From the NCBI GenBank assembly GCA_964016885.1, contig OZ024760.1, positions 26,660,001-26,724,000 of the forward strand: DNA of 64,000 nt, given 5' to 3'. The DNA is from Eledone cirrhosa (taxonomy: Eukaryota). A program made the translations under genes and the position numbers. Below, piece by piece: positions 53,090-64,000 of the stretch (positions are counted from its first letter, which is position 1; the number at the start of each line of letters is the position of its first letter). The notes below the pieces were generated by a model. The model searched no databases. It was not told the DNA's origin and worked only from the letters and a program-made list of their open reading frames with translations.

Positions 53090-55440
53090 GCTCTTATCAA
53101 TATGTGTGCAGTTACCAGTTAAAACAATATTTTGCACTTCTTGCAGAGAGAGTAAACCAAGGATCATTCTCAAATACTGTTCTGTTCCTTTCTTGATCAT
53201 TCCCAGTGCTCCCACAATCACTGGTATTGTAACGGCCTGGAGGTGCCACACTTTTTCGATTTCAATAAACAGATCTTTATTTTTTCTTAGCTTGTCGAAT
53301 TCTTTTGCTGTGATATTGTGATCACATGGGATGCTCATATCTATCAATAAACAGACCTTGCTATGTTGGTCTTTTAGAATGGTATCTGGTCTATTAGCTT
53401 TTATGGTCCGGTCAGTATGTACAGGAAAGTCCCAAAGAAATGTAACTTTTTTCTCCTTCAGTTACAGCCTCAGGATGATGATTATACCACTTGTCAGAAG
53501 CTTTGATTTTAAAATGCCGGCATATTACCCAGTGTAGATATTGGCCAATTCTATCATGTCTATATTTGTACTCTACTGGGGCTAAAACTTTACATCCAGA
53601 AACTAGGTGTTCCACTGTTTCAACCTCAATATTGCAAAATCGCACTTTGTATTTACTCCATTTCTCATCACATTGGCCTGGTAATTCCGTATCAGTAAGC
53701 TTTGATCTTGGGCAACTAACATTAAGCCTTCGCTCTCTGCTTTTAGCCCTGAGCTACGTAGCCACTGATGGGTGTGCTTTTGGTCAACATCAGCTTGTTT
53801 GCTACGGGTCACATATTTTCCATACAGAGGATGCTAATTGCTCTTGCCCTTTTGCCTTTGTCATTTATTTTAAGTGCTTCACAGCAACAATTGCACAGTT
53901 TCCTTAGTCTGTCAAACCTGGGGATCAAGCATGAGATCAGTAGCATATTTTTTTGCTCTCCTTCAAGATAGAATGAAGCTTCTTACTTCTCTCATATTTT
54001 TCAACAAGTTTCAGCATACTGTCGTTTGTTGTTTCAAGGTATTTGGCCAGTCCAATAATGGTGGTCTTGTAGGTATGTTCAAATTGGATCAGGCCACGGC
54101 TTCCTAGAGTTCTAGGAAGGTAAAGACGATCCACATCTGCTTTCAGGTGGTGCATCCTATTATAAGTCAATAACTTACGGATTTTGGAGTCGATTCTTTT
54201 AATTTCACTCATATTCCAGTTCAACAAACTGAAGCTATAAGTGACCACTGGAACTGCCAAGGAATTTATGGCTAACACCTTTAGTTCTGATTTCAAAACT
54301 GTGCATACTTTCCTGTAACATTCCTTCCTTATCCTCTCTTTCATACACACATGCTGAATGCCAGAGCCCTCATTGATCCCTAAGTATTTATAGGTTTGTT
54401 CCTGCTCAAGTTCTTTTATGACTGTTTCAGCATCTAATTCAACTGAGTTTGAGTTGACAAGCTTCCCCCTCTTGAAAGTGGCTTTGGCACACTTATCAAG
54501 TCCAACTCCATCCTGATATCATCACTAAACGTTTTTACTGTCCGCAAAAGGCCTTACAGATCGTCATCGTCTTTGCAATATAGCTTTAAATCATCCATAT
54601 AAAATAGGTGGCTTATTTTCTTGTTGTCAATTTTGTAACCATACCCTGTTCTATTAAGTTCGGATGTAAGGGGTATTAAAGCGATGCAAAAAACTAAGGG
54701 AGAAAGTGAATCACAATGTAAAATGCTACAGTTGGTGTTTATATTCTTAGAACTTAGTACTCCATTGGAATGAAATAATTGGAGATTTGTGTTCCACAAT
54801 GAAATATTGTGTTTCAGGAAGTTTGAAATCACAGGTGAGATTTTGAAGATGTCCAGTGATTTCAGAATCCATGAGTGCGGTATGTTGTCAAAAGCTTTTT
54901 TGTAGTCGATCCATGCAGAACTGAGATTTCTGCACTTGTTATGACAGTTCTCAAGGATCATACGATTAATCAACCATATGAACCTGGTTGACACCCTTTT
55001 TGTTTAATGGGGAAAAGATTGTTCTCTTCTAAAAACACGTATGATTTCTCCATGTAAATAGAGGTTAATAGCTGATAAGTGGTGGACAAGCAGGTTGTGG
55101 GCCGATAGATTTTGGATCCTTAGTTTCATTGTTCTTTGGGAGAAGGTAAGCAATGCCACTTGCTATTCAGTCAGGTGAACTTTTGTATCTTTCATAATTC
55201 CATTGAACAGCTTAACTAATAGATTGAAAGTGCACGGGAGTGAGGAAAGCCAGAAATTTGGGACCCTGTCTCTACCAGAAGATTTCCTCTTATGAGATTT
55301 AAGTGCTGTCCTTGAGTCTGCTATAGAGATGTCTTCCCATGCCTGTTCTTGTAAATTTGTGTAGGATTCTTCCAAGTGACTAATCCAATCTACATTAGCA
55401 TTATGTGACATCTCATCATTCCAAATCTTTCTCCCATACT
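53090..55440 (-). mobile_element. R4/Dong-like LINE (RT plus RLE), degenerate
   Basis: WIDYKKAFD.IPHSWI, DSLSPL.FC, HLFYMDDLKLY, AQDQSL, ETVEHLVSGC, RHD, IDMSIP, IPVIVGALG. Confidence 0.9.
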
Positions 55441-55621
55441 CTAATATATATATATAAAACCGTAGAGCAAATATTTATTAAAATAACTGATTAAAGTTTA
55501 AGCAAAACATCGCTCCTTTTACCCTTAATGGGATCTTCTGAAGATCCTGTTATGGGTGAAAGGAGCGATTCTTTGCTTAAACTTTAATCTGTTATTTTAA
55601 TATATATATATATGTATATAG

Positions 55622-55945
55622 ATAGATTTTTGAGTATATGTTGGTTTTATACCAACACCTCAGTATGCAGGCTGGAGCACTCGACGAAGTGCACAGGTTG
55701 GTTTGGTTACTCCGGAGTAATGTAAAATAAAGTAAAATAAAAAGTCAAATGTTTAAAATTTAGCTTCGTTTATTACTGCTATATATATTTCGGTGACAGC
55801 CATCTTTGGCTGTCACCTCTTCAGGCAGTCCGAATTAGTGTGGTATAGACAAGTACATATGTTGTTGAGGTGTATAATTTTGTCAATACTCTGATATGCC
55901 CAGTTCCTGGTTGGGTTGTTATTTCACTGAGGAACTGGAATCATA
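55622..55945 (-). mobile_element. PLE-derived insert: hammerhead 55775-55829 and hairpin 55679-55718
   Basis: ACTGC-CTGAAGA-GGTGACAGCCA/TGGCTGTCACC (11 bp)-GAAA-TATATA-TA-GCAGT; ACTC-CGGAGT..ACTTCG-TC-GAGT. Confidence 0.85.
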
Positions 55946-55948
55946 TGA

Positions 55949-56185
55949 TGTAGCTCGAGTCATGGTCCTTGTATGGATCTGGCTGATTCTACTTCTGCGG
56001 GTTCTTTCAGACACGGCTGTTACGTCTGGAGCAAATTTTATCACCCGTGTCTGAAAGAACCCGCAGAAGTAGAATCAGCCAGATCCATACAAGAACCATG
56101 ACTCGAGCTACATGCCGGCGAAACATTTGTAACACGAAATAAATTAAGTCCAGATGCATCACTGATTTTTCGTTTCCTTTATAAT
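55949..56185 (+). mobile_element. Fold-back insert (arms 55949-56017 / 56045-56112) with hammerhead candidate 56046-56136
   Basis: CGTGT/ACACG stem I, CTGAAAGA (one extra nt), GAAA-CATTTG-TA. Confidence 0.6.
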
Positions 56186-56270
56186 ATATATATATGCCAA
56201 ATCAACCTCACAAATGCAAGGTGATTGAAAGGTATGTCGTATCTATTTATTTATAAGACTGTTTATATTG

Positions 56271-56336
56271 TATTTTGTCTGAAGATGGCATAACATATTG
56301 TTAATATGATATCCCTGAAATATATATAACGAAATA
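56271..56336 (+). ncRNA. Hammerhead motif followed by hairpin at 56385-56404
   Basis: TATTTTGT/ACGAAATA stem I, CTGAAGA, GAAA-TATATA-TA; ACTC-CAA..TTG-TT-GAGT. Confidence 0.7.
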
Positions 56337-56466
56337 AATATGGTTTTATAAATATAGTTTCCATTTATTTAATATCATAAATATACTCCAAATACTTGTT
56401 GAGTGCTTTTATATCAGTTATAAATATTTACTCGTTGTTAACCCAACAATTTAAATATAACTTTCC

Positions 56467-56947
<481 letters not shown>

Positions 56948-57173
56948 GGGATAACGGATTATTGTTATAGGTAGTCCACTTAAGTGTAGTCCAGTTACGG
57001 TACTCCGAGTAGTGGATGATATCAACGCTTGGCTAAGTTTGACTCAACAAGGCGTTTCCATAGTGATGCTTCGAGTACGCGGTAATTTCTATGTTGTTAA
57101 CACTTGGAGTAATGATAAATCAGGAAAGAAGAGTGACACGGTTTGCTATACAAAAAAGGTTTTTAATCTCATT

Positions 57174-57279
57174 GCTGACAATTGTTTCTATGAACTGGTA
57201 GGTCTAGAGATCGCTACCCGCCTGATTTCGCGTCAATCGATCACCAATACATAGTTGTAACCAGTCAATTCATCAGAGC
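57174..57279 (-). ncRNA. Hammerhead with large stem II insertion
   Basis: GCT-CTGATGA-..ACTGGT..(~70 nt)..ACCAGT..-GAAA-CAATTG-TC-AGC. Confidence 0.7.
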
Positions 57280-57302
57280 TAGCGAGAATATATATATATA
57301 TA

Positions 57303-57496
57303 TAACAAAGGAGTTGTGGTAAGGAACCAGATGGACGATAACGCACCAGAGTACTCAATACTTAGGGTAGTAGAGTGGGTAATAGGAGAAAGTATGACCC
57401 CGGCGGCAGAGCTCAAGCCGTTTCGACGGCTATTTCTGGACTCAGATATAGCCGTCGAAACGGCTTGAGCTCTGCCGTTGAGGTCATACTTTCTCC

Positions 57497-57500
<4 letters not shown>
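57303..57500 (-). mobile_element. Family F1 fold-back insert
   Basis: Complete arms and tail, (TA)n flanks. Confidence 0.85.
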
Positions 57501-57585
<85 letters not shown>

Positions 57586-57587
<2 letters not shown>

Positions 57588-57885
57588 TCTAAGGCGGGTA
57601 AAGTTCCCGAGATCCATGGACGAGTTCTCTCCAGCGGTCTCTGTCCCTCATTATCGCTGCCATGTCCTGCGTCTCCAATAGACCAGTGTCTGTCCTTAGG
57701 ACATCAACATACGTTAACCTTCGTCTTCCACTTCTAGTGTGTCCATGTAGGGGCTCCCAAAGGAGCACTGAGTGCAATGTCAACTCTGGATGTCGGTGAA
57801 CATGTCCAGCCAACCTCAGTCTCCTCTGTGTCACTTTTGAGCTGACTTTTGGGATGCTCCCATACAGCTCTGAGATTTTCATCCT
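57586..57885 (-). mobile_element. RTE-group LINE 3' end
   Basis: [28 protein letters not shown]...GR..TYVD..RDRDRWR. Confidence 0.8.
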
Positions 57886-57920
57886 CAGTGTATACTGATT
57901 AATGTATATAACATTAATCA

Positions 57921-58043
<123 letters not shown>

Positions 58044-58074
58044 CGTGTGTGTGTGTATATATATATATATATAC

Positions 58075-58527
58075 AAAGGAGCTCTTAAGAGTCAATGAAA
58101 TGACCATCCGAAATCACCGGGAGAGATGACCGCTTAGCCTTTGTCAAGTCAGAATTCTAGGAGAAGGAAAACTCTGATATAACACCTGCAACCCTGATGG
58201 AATCCAATGATGTTGACTTGTTCTTCTTTTTGGTAAATATCATCTTGGTTAAGAGAGTGGGACTGGCTTTGTGCAGTGCCTTTGCTCACTATAAAAGCTT
58301 CACGGCACAGGCATTGCTTTATATCTGGAGATCTCTCTGCACTTGTCGTCACATGGTACCATGGGCCCGGCACTATGTATCAATAATTGTCACAAGTGTA
58401 GTGTTTGTACCAGAGTTTTCAAGTCGCTGGCTGGACTAAAAAGTCACACTCGTTCAGTGCATCGGTGGGGGTTCTCCTACATGGATATAAAGTAGTGGCC
58501 GTACTCGAAAACGAGTTGGCAGCCATC
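58075..58527 (+). mobile_element. Second, 5'-truncated copy of the RTE-derived non-autonomous element
   Basis: Nearly identical to 23675-24120. Confidence 0.8.
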
Positions 58528-58538
58528 ATATATATATA

Positions 58539-58685
<147 letters not shown>

Positions 58686-58873
58686 TTATTAAAATAACAG
58701 ATTAAAGTTTAAGCAAAGAATCGTGTGTATATATATATATGTATGTGTGTATATATATATATGTGTGTGTGTGTGTATATATATATATATGTTTATCCCG
58801 GGTTCAATCGGGGGTAACCACAGTAAGTAAGGTACACAAAACATAGCAGAGTATAAATATTTAATATAGAAAT

Positions 58874-58924
58874 AGTTTCTACAGGACTAGAACTGTTTCA
58901 TTCGGGAGAAATCATCAGGAAGCC
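58874..58924 (-). ncRNA. Hammerhead motif
   Basis: GGCTTC-CTGATGA-TTC/GAA-GAAA-CAG..CTG-TA-GAAACT (GAAGCC in the 61212 copy). Confidence 0.65.
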
Positions 58925-59250
58925 CATATATATATACACAGTTTAAGAGTAACTAATCTTAAAGAGAGAGATTGAGATAGTAGAGGAGATATGAGAGGAA
59001 AGATTGGTGAGTTAGTTAGAAGCCAAAGCGTAAAGGCATGTGCTCAATGTGCAATATGCAGTAGAAAGCAGCTAGGTGGCTGGGTTCATGCAGAGGTTAG
59101 GTGCGCAGAGCTGGAAATATTCATTAGTTAAGCAAAACAAGACCACAAATTTCACAAGGAAGACACTATTAAAAGATTGTCAACATATTTAGTTTGATGT
59201 AAGGAATGTAGAGAATAATAATAATAATAATATTAATAATAATAATGCCC

Positions 59251-59371
59251 GTTTACAATTGTTTCGCTACTCCGTATAATATTTCTGGATCAGATGACTA
59301 TGTATCATAATTGATCTGGTTCAGTTGAAAATAATTAACATATTTAAAAAAACAGAGTGGCTCATCGGAAC
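59251..59371 (-). ncRNA. Hammerhead candidate, CCGATGA core, large stem II
   Basis: GTT-CCGATGA-GCCACTC..GAGTAGC-GAAA-CAATTG-TA-AAC. Confidence 0.6.
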
Positions 59372-59402
59372 TCAAAGGAATATAAATTAAAATAATGTTA
59401 CA

Positions 59403-59512
59403 TAATATAATTGTTTCTACTTTAGGCACAAGGCCAGCAATTACCCAGTGCATTACTGGTACTTTATTTTATCGACCTCGTAAGGATGAAAGGCTAAGTC
59501 AACCTCGGTGGG
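59403..59512 (-). mobile_element. SINE S1 3' half
   Basis: Reverse complement of the S1 core and tail. Confidence 0.8.
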
Positions 59513-59909
59513 ATTGTTACATAATATAATGTTCCATATATTAGTTTTTACTATGGTGCCTTGGTTGCATCAGCTGTCAGCCATAATCAAGCAGTACTCA
59601 TCTGTCGAGGCTGCATTGTGTGAGATCTGCCTATGGGTAACAAGATGGCTGCCAAAGGGCATATTTACCTTACTAATTAGAGGGTGGTTTCAGGGGAAGT
59701 AACTTCTCGAGAGATTAGAGATTGTGTGTATTTTATAGATATGTGCTAGTATTTAAATTATTTAATTGGATATAAATATGGTTATAGATATAGTTTCCAT
59801 TTATTTAATATCATTGAATATTATACTCCAGAAAATACTGTCGAGTGCTTCGAATCAGTTATAAACATATATATTTGTTGAATTACCAACAAATTAAATA
59901 TCCCTTTTG

Positions 59910-59960
<51 letters not shown>

Positions 59961-60365
59961 TACAGAGAGAGAGAGAGATCTTAATTCCTCGTGATCCAGC
60001 TAAATTGTTATTACTCTTCACTCACCATATATCTATCTATCTATCTATCATCTATCTATCTTTCTATCTATCTATATATATCTATCTATCTTTTCCCGCT
60101 GTGTGTATTTGCAATGATACATAGATATTAAAATACACATACATACACACACATACGTCTACACACATACATACATATCTCTACATACACATACGTCTAC
60201 ACACATACATACATATCTCTACATACACATACAATGTCTACATACATTCATACACATGCTGGTTTTTTAAATTCCTTACAGGAAAACTATGATTCATATA
60301 TATATATAAGGCTCTGATACCATCAACACTATACACACAGAGCTGGCATATCTAAGAACTGACTA

Positions 60366-60421
60366 ACTGCCTGATGAGGTCATAGCCATTCAATGGCTAT
60401 CATCGAAATATATATAGCAGT
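60366..60421 (+). ncRNA. Hammerhead ribozyme motif
   Basis: ACTGC-CTGATGA-ATAGCCAT/ATGGCTAT-GAAA-TATATA-TA-GCAGT; compensatory change versus 3715 and 55775. Confidence 0.8.
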
Positions 60422-60462
60422 AAATAAAGGATTATGAGTTCATGCAATTTACTTATGTTTCG

Positions 60463-60533
<71 letters not shown>

Positions 60534-60539
60534 ATGATT

Positions 60540-60633
<94 letters not shown>

Positions 60634-60704
60634 TCATATATATATATATATGAATCATATATATATATGAATCATATATATATATATATAAATATATATA
60701 TATA

Positions 60705-60749
<45 letters not shown>

Positions 60750-60755
60750 ATGATT

Positions 60756-60876
<121 letters not shown>

Positions 60877-60941
60877 TTATATATATATATTTATATATAT
60901 ATTTATATATATATTTATATATATATATTTATATATATATT

Positions 60942-60978
<37 letters not shown>

Positions 60979-61021
60979 TTATATATATATATATATTTAT
61001 ATATATATTTATATATATATT

Positions 61022-61052
<31 letters not shown>

Positions 61053-61140
61053 ATATATATTTATATATATATATATATAAATATATATATAAATATATAT
61101 ATAAATATATATATAAATATATATATAAATATATATATAA

Positions 61141-61209
<69 letters not shown>

Positions 61210-61391
61210 AATGGCTTCTACAGAACTAAAACTATTTCCTTCGAATGAAACAGTTCTATCCTGTAGAAGCCATTTCTATATTAAATATTTATACTCTGCT
61301 ATGTATTGAGTACCTTACTTACTGTGGTTACCCCCGATTGAACCTGGGATACACATACATATATATATAAAACAGTATATATAACAATATA

Positions 61392-61988
61392 CAGTGGCGG
61401 ACTTGCCAGGTTGCCCAATGGCTAGTGAGCCCCAGGGCGCCCACAGTAGCATTGTAGGGCCCAATGCTTAGCTTTCAAAAAATAGCTGAAGTCTAAGAGA
61501 AAGAATAATTTTTGTTTTAATAAATAAAACAATTAATCAATTAATTAAAGCATTTGGTCAACGACACCACATCATTTTGTTTTCAAAATTTTGAAAGTAT
61601 GAGTTTATAAGTATGAATTTTCAGTAGATTTTCGTAGTTGTCTCAGTGGCCTAGCAGTAGGTACTAGAGACGTTGGAGATCTTGGTTTTGGATTCAATCC
61701 TGGTCGAGATGCACATGTAATGTCTTTCAGTTGTTATTTTACATCCCATAGAAAAAAAGACTGAAAAGGTTTACCGGGAACCCTACTCCCGACCAGGATC
61801 GAACTTCAGACCGGGATCACCACCGTCTACGATTGCCCCAACTAGGCCACCGGGACAGCTACAAAAGTATAATAAAAATTAATAATTATAAACCTACTTT
61901 TAAATCAAAATTAAATGATAGCATTCAATACGTAGGTGGGCCCCTTCATCTCCTGGCACCCGATATTTATAGACCCTGTCCGCCATTG
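61392..61988. mobile_element. Non-autonomous hAT-type DNA transposon (597 bp)
   Basis: TIRs CAGTGGCGGAC / GTCCGCCATTG (1 mismatch); 8-bp TSD ACAATATA at 61384-61391 and 61989-61996. Confidence 0.85.
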
Positions 61989-62059
61989 ACAATATATATA
62001 TATATGTATATATTGTCAACGTAGTTTCCAGTAGGTAAAGAGGTGGAGTACTAAGCAGA

Positions 62060-62535
62060 GTGTAATAATATTAATGCTGTCTTTATTAACCACAAAGTTG
62101 ACACAAAGTATAACATTAAGGACGGTACAGGACGGTACAGAACGGTACAGGGCGGTACAGGGCGGTACAGGACGGTACAGGACGGTACAGAACGGTACAG
62201 GGCGGTACAGGGCGGTACAGGACGGTACAGGACGGTACAGGGCGGTACAGAGCGGTACAGGGCGGTACAGAACGGTACAGGGTGGTACGGGACGGTACAG
62301 GACGGTACAGGACGGTACAGGGCGGTACAGGGCGGTACAGGACGGTACAGGGCCGTACAGGGTGGTACAAATGGCATTTCTGCGTGTAAAGAAAAACCAA
62401 ACACAAAGCAAATGGCGAAAAAAGACTCAAAGGAAATTTCCCCAATAAGGAGGAGACTTCCCAGGGTCACTCGTGGAGAAAGCCCATTAAAAAAGTCACG
62501 ATGACCCTGACCATCAGGGCAAGTGGCCTCTCCCA
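62060..62535 (-). mobile_element. 3' UTR of the L1/Tx1-like family containing a 10-bp tandem expansion (GACGGTACAG)n at 62120-62369
   Basis: Flanks align to 50790-51020; ~25 units. Confidence 0.8.
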
Positions 62536-62568
62536 AATAATAATCTTTTATATTATTATTATTATTAT

Positions 62569-62701
62569 TCGAGGTTAACTTTGCCTTTCATCCTTACACG
62601 GTCGATAAAATAAAGTACCAGTAATGAACTGGGATCGATTTAATCGACTTTCCTCTCCCCTAAAATATGCTGGCCTTGTGCCTATTTAAGAAACCACTAT
62701 T

Positions 62702-62702
<1 letters not shown>
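62569..62702 (+). mobile_element. SINE S1 3' half
   Basis: Core plus GATCGATTTAATCGAC segment. Confidence 0.8.
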
Positions 62703-62739
<37 letters not shown>

Positions 62740-62743
<4 letters not shown>

Positions 62744-63108
62744 CAAAGAAATGAAGAATAACATGGTCGGCTGTACACTAGGGTTTATTTACAGTATTAA
62801 CAATTGTTTCTTTAATCAGGTGAGACTAAAGGTCGCTGATCGTTAGAAGTAACGTTACTCGACCTTAATTACAGTCGATACCCGATCAAGTCGTCAGAAA
62901 ACTGATATTGTACAGCCCACCATGTTATTCTTCATTCTTTTGCTATTATTACTCCAGCAAACACCTGCCTGGGAACTTTATTAAACTGGCCACCAGACTA
63001 AGGAAACTTCTTGTTGAATCAAACAATGCCGAACGTTAAAACACTATCCTCGACACAGAGCACTCATAACCTCTAACTGGATTACCTTAAACGATATCTT
63101 GTTATCAT
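62740..63108. mobile_element. Fold-back insert with hammerhead 62792-62904 (-) carrying a large stem II
   Basis: CAGTTTT-CTGACGA-TTGATCGGG..CCTGATTAA-GAAA-CAATTG-TT-AATACTG; arms 62740-62777 / 62909-62946. Confidence 0.7.
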
Positions 63109-63119
63109 ATATATATATA

Positions 63120-63298
63120 TAGGAACGAGTAGGACCCCGACGGCTGAGCTCAAGCCGTTTCGACGGCTAATTCTGGACTGAGTCCAGAATTAGCCGTCGA
63201 AATTAGCTGTCGTTCCTATTACCCACTCTACTACCCTAAGTACTGAGTACTTTGGTGCGTTATGGTCCACCTGGTTCCTTACCACATTTCCTTCGTTA
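63120..63298 (+). mobile_element. Family F1 fold-back insert
   Basis: Arms (right arm partly deleted) plus tail. Confidence 0.8.
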
Positions 63299-63319
63299 TA
63301 TATATATATATATGAATTA

Positions 63320-63608
63320 TTTCCGGTAAAGGAAGGGTAAAGGTATGGAGAGTGCTCTATGTACGCTACAGAGCTATTTAATTATGTAATAAACAACATA
63401 AGACAATCATTCCATTTACCAAAGGTTTCACGAAGACAGACAAGATCAACACAAACGTATGAAAGCGCTCATCAGAATGAAAAATTTAAATTAAATTCAG
63501 ATTAAATTTTTCATTCTGATGAGCAATTTCAGACGTCTGTGTTGAGCTCGTCTGTCTTCGTGAAACCTTTGGAAAATGGAATAATTTCTTATGTTGTTTA
63601 TTACATAA
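63320..63608 (-). mobile_element. Head-to-head insert with diverged arms; hammerhead 63410-63482 and hairpin 63354-63374
   Basis: TTTCATT-CTGATGA...GAAA-CC-TTT-GG-TA-AATGGAA; GCTC-TGTA-GCG-TACA-TA-GAGC. Confidence 0.75.
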
Positions 63609-64000
63609 CTATATATATTGTTATATTTAGGGATGGTCATGTGACCAATATTGCTAATAAAAAACCACACGCACCATATACTTTTCACTTTTTCACTTCA
63701 TTTGTGTTACTAGCTATTCGTTAGTTTGGCAAAGTTATTTCGTCACACGTTCTGTGACCTCCTCAATGATTATTTGTTCTCTTATAATATACATTTTTTT
63801 TTTTTTTATTATATTTCTAGACCAACGACTGTGCTGTGGCGTTGAAATGAAATGAGCTCAGATCAGGCAAGATGTTGGCATAGCTGAAGTCTTTAATATC
63901 AGCTGTGCCGCGTGTTGCCATCTTTGGGCTCGTGTTGACTGCAGATACATTCATTCGTCAAACGAACATACGATTCTGAAGAAGACTACGTCAATATCGA

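Noticed and set aside
61640-61856. Functional tRNA genes
   Set aside because: A/B boxes are present but no convincing anticodon arm; treated as tRNA-derived

Overview
AT-rich eukaryotic DNA made almost entirely of repeats, with no recognisable host protein-coding exon. The SINE types and dense (TA)n tracts resemble octopus (cephalopod) genomes; this is an inference. Contents: one degenerate Naiad-type Penelope-like retroelement (PLE; RT, CxCx5Cx5C finger, GIY-YIG; ~40565-43080); a 5'-truncated CR1/L2-group LINE (19507-23157); three R4/Dong-like RLE-LINE fragments; RTE and L1/Tx1 fragments; about 15 tRNA-derived SINE pieces; a hAT-type non-autonomous element with an 8-bp TSD; and several tandem arrays grown from TE interiors (54-bp x~63, 123-bp x~27, 77-bp x10, 10-bp x~25). 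The main unexplained structure is a population of short (100-500 bp) inserts in (TA)n microsatellites, from more than 10 sequence-dissimilar families, that share one architecture. They carry a type I hammerhead ribozyme (about 29 motifs folded by eye, one directly 3' of the Naiad ORF), usually a conserved bulged hairpin RCTC-[helix]-TN-GAGY 3' of it, and often a head-to-head inverted duplication whose short arm stops 4-7 nt before that hairpin. I interpret this as a microsatellite-targeted PLE system with a conserved RNA element that positions reverse-transcription initiation. All folds and alignments were made by eye and need computational confirmation.
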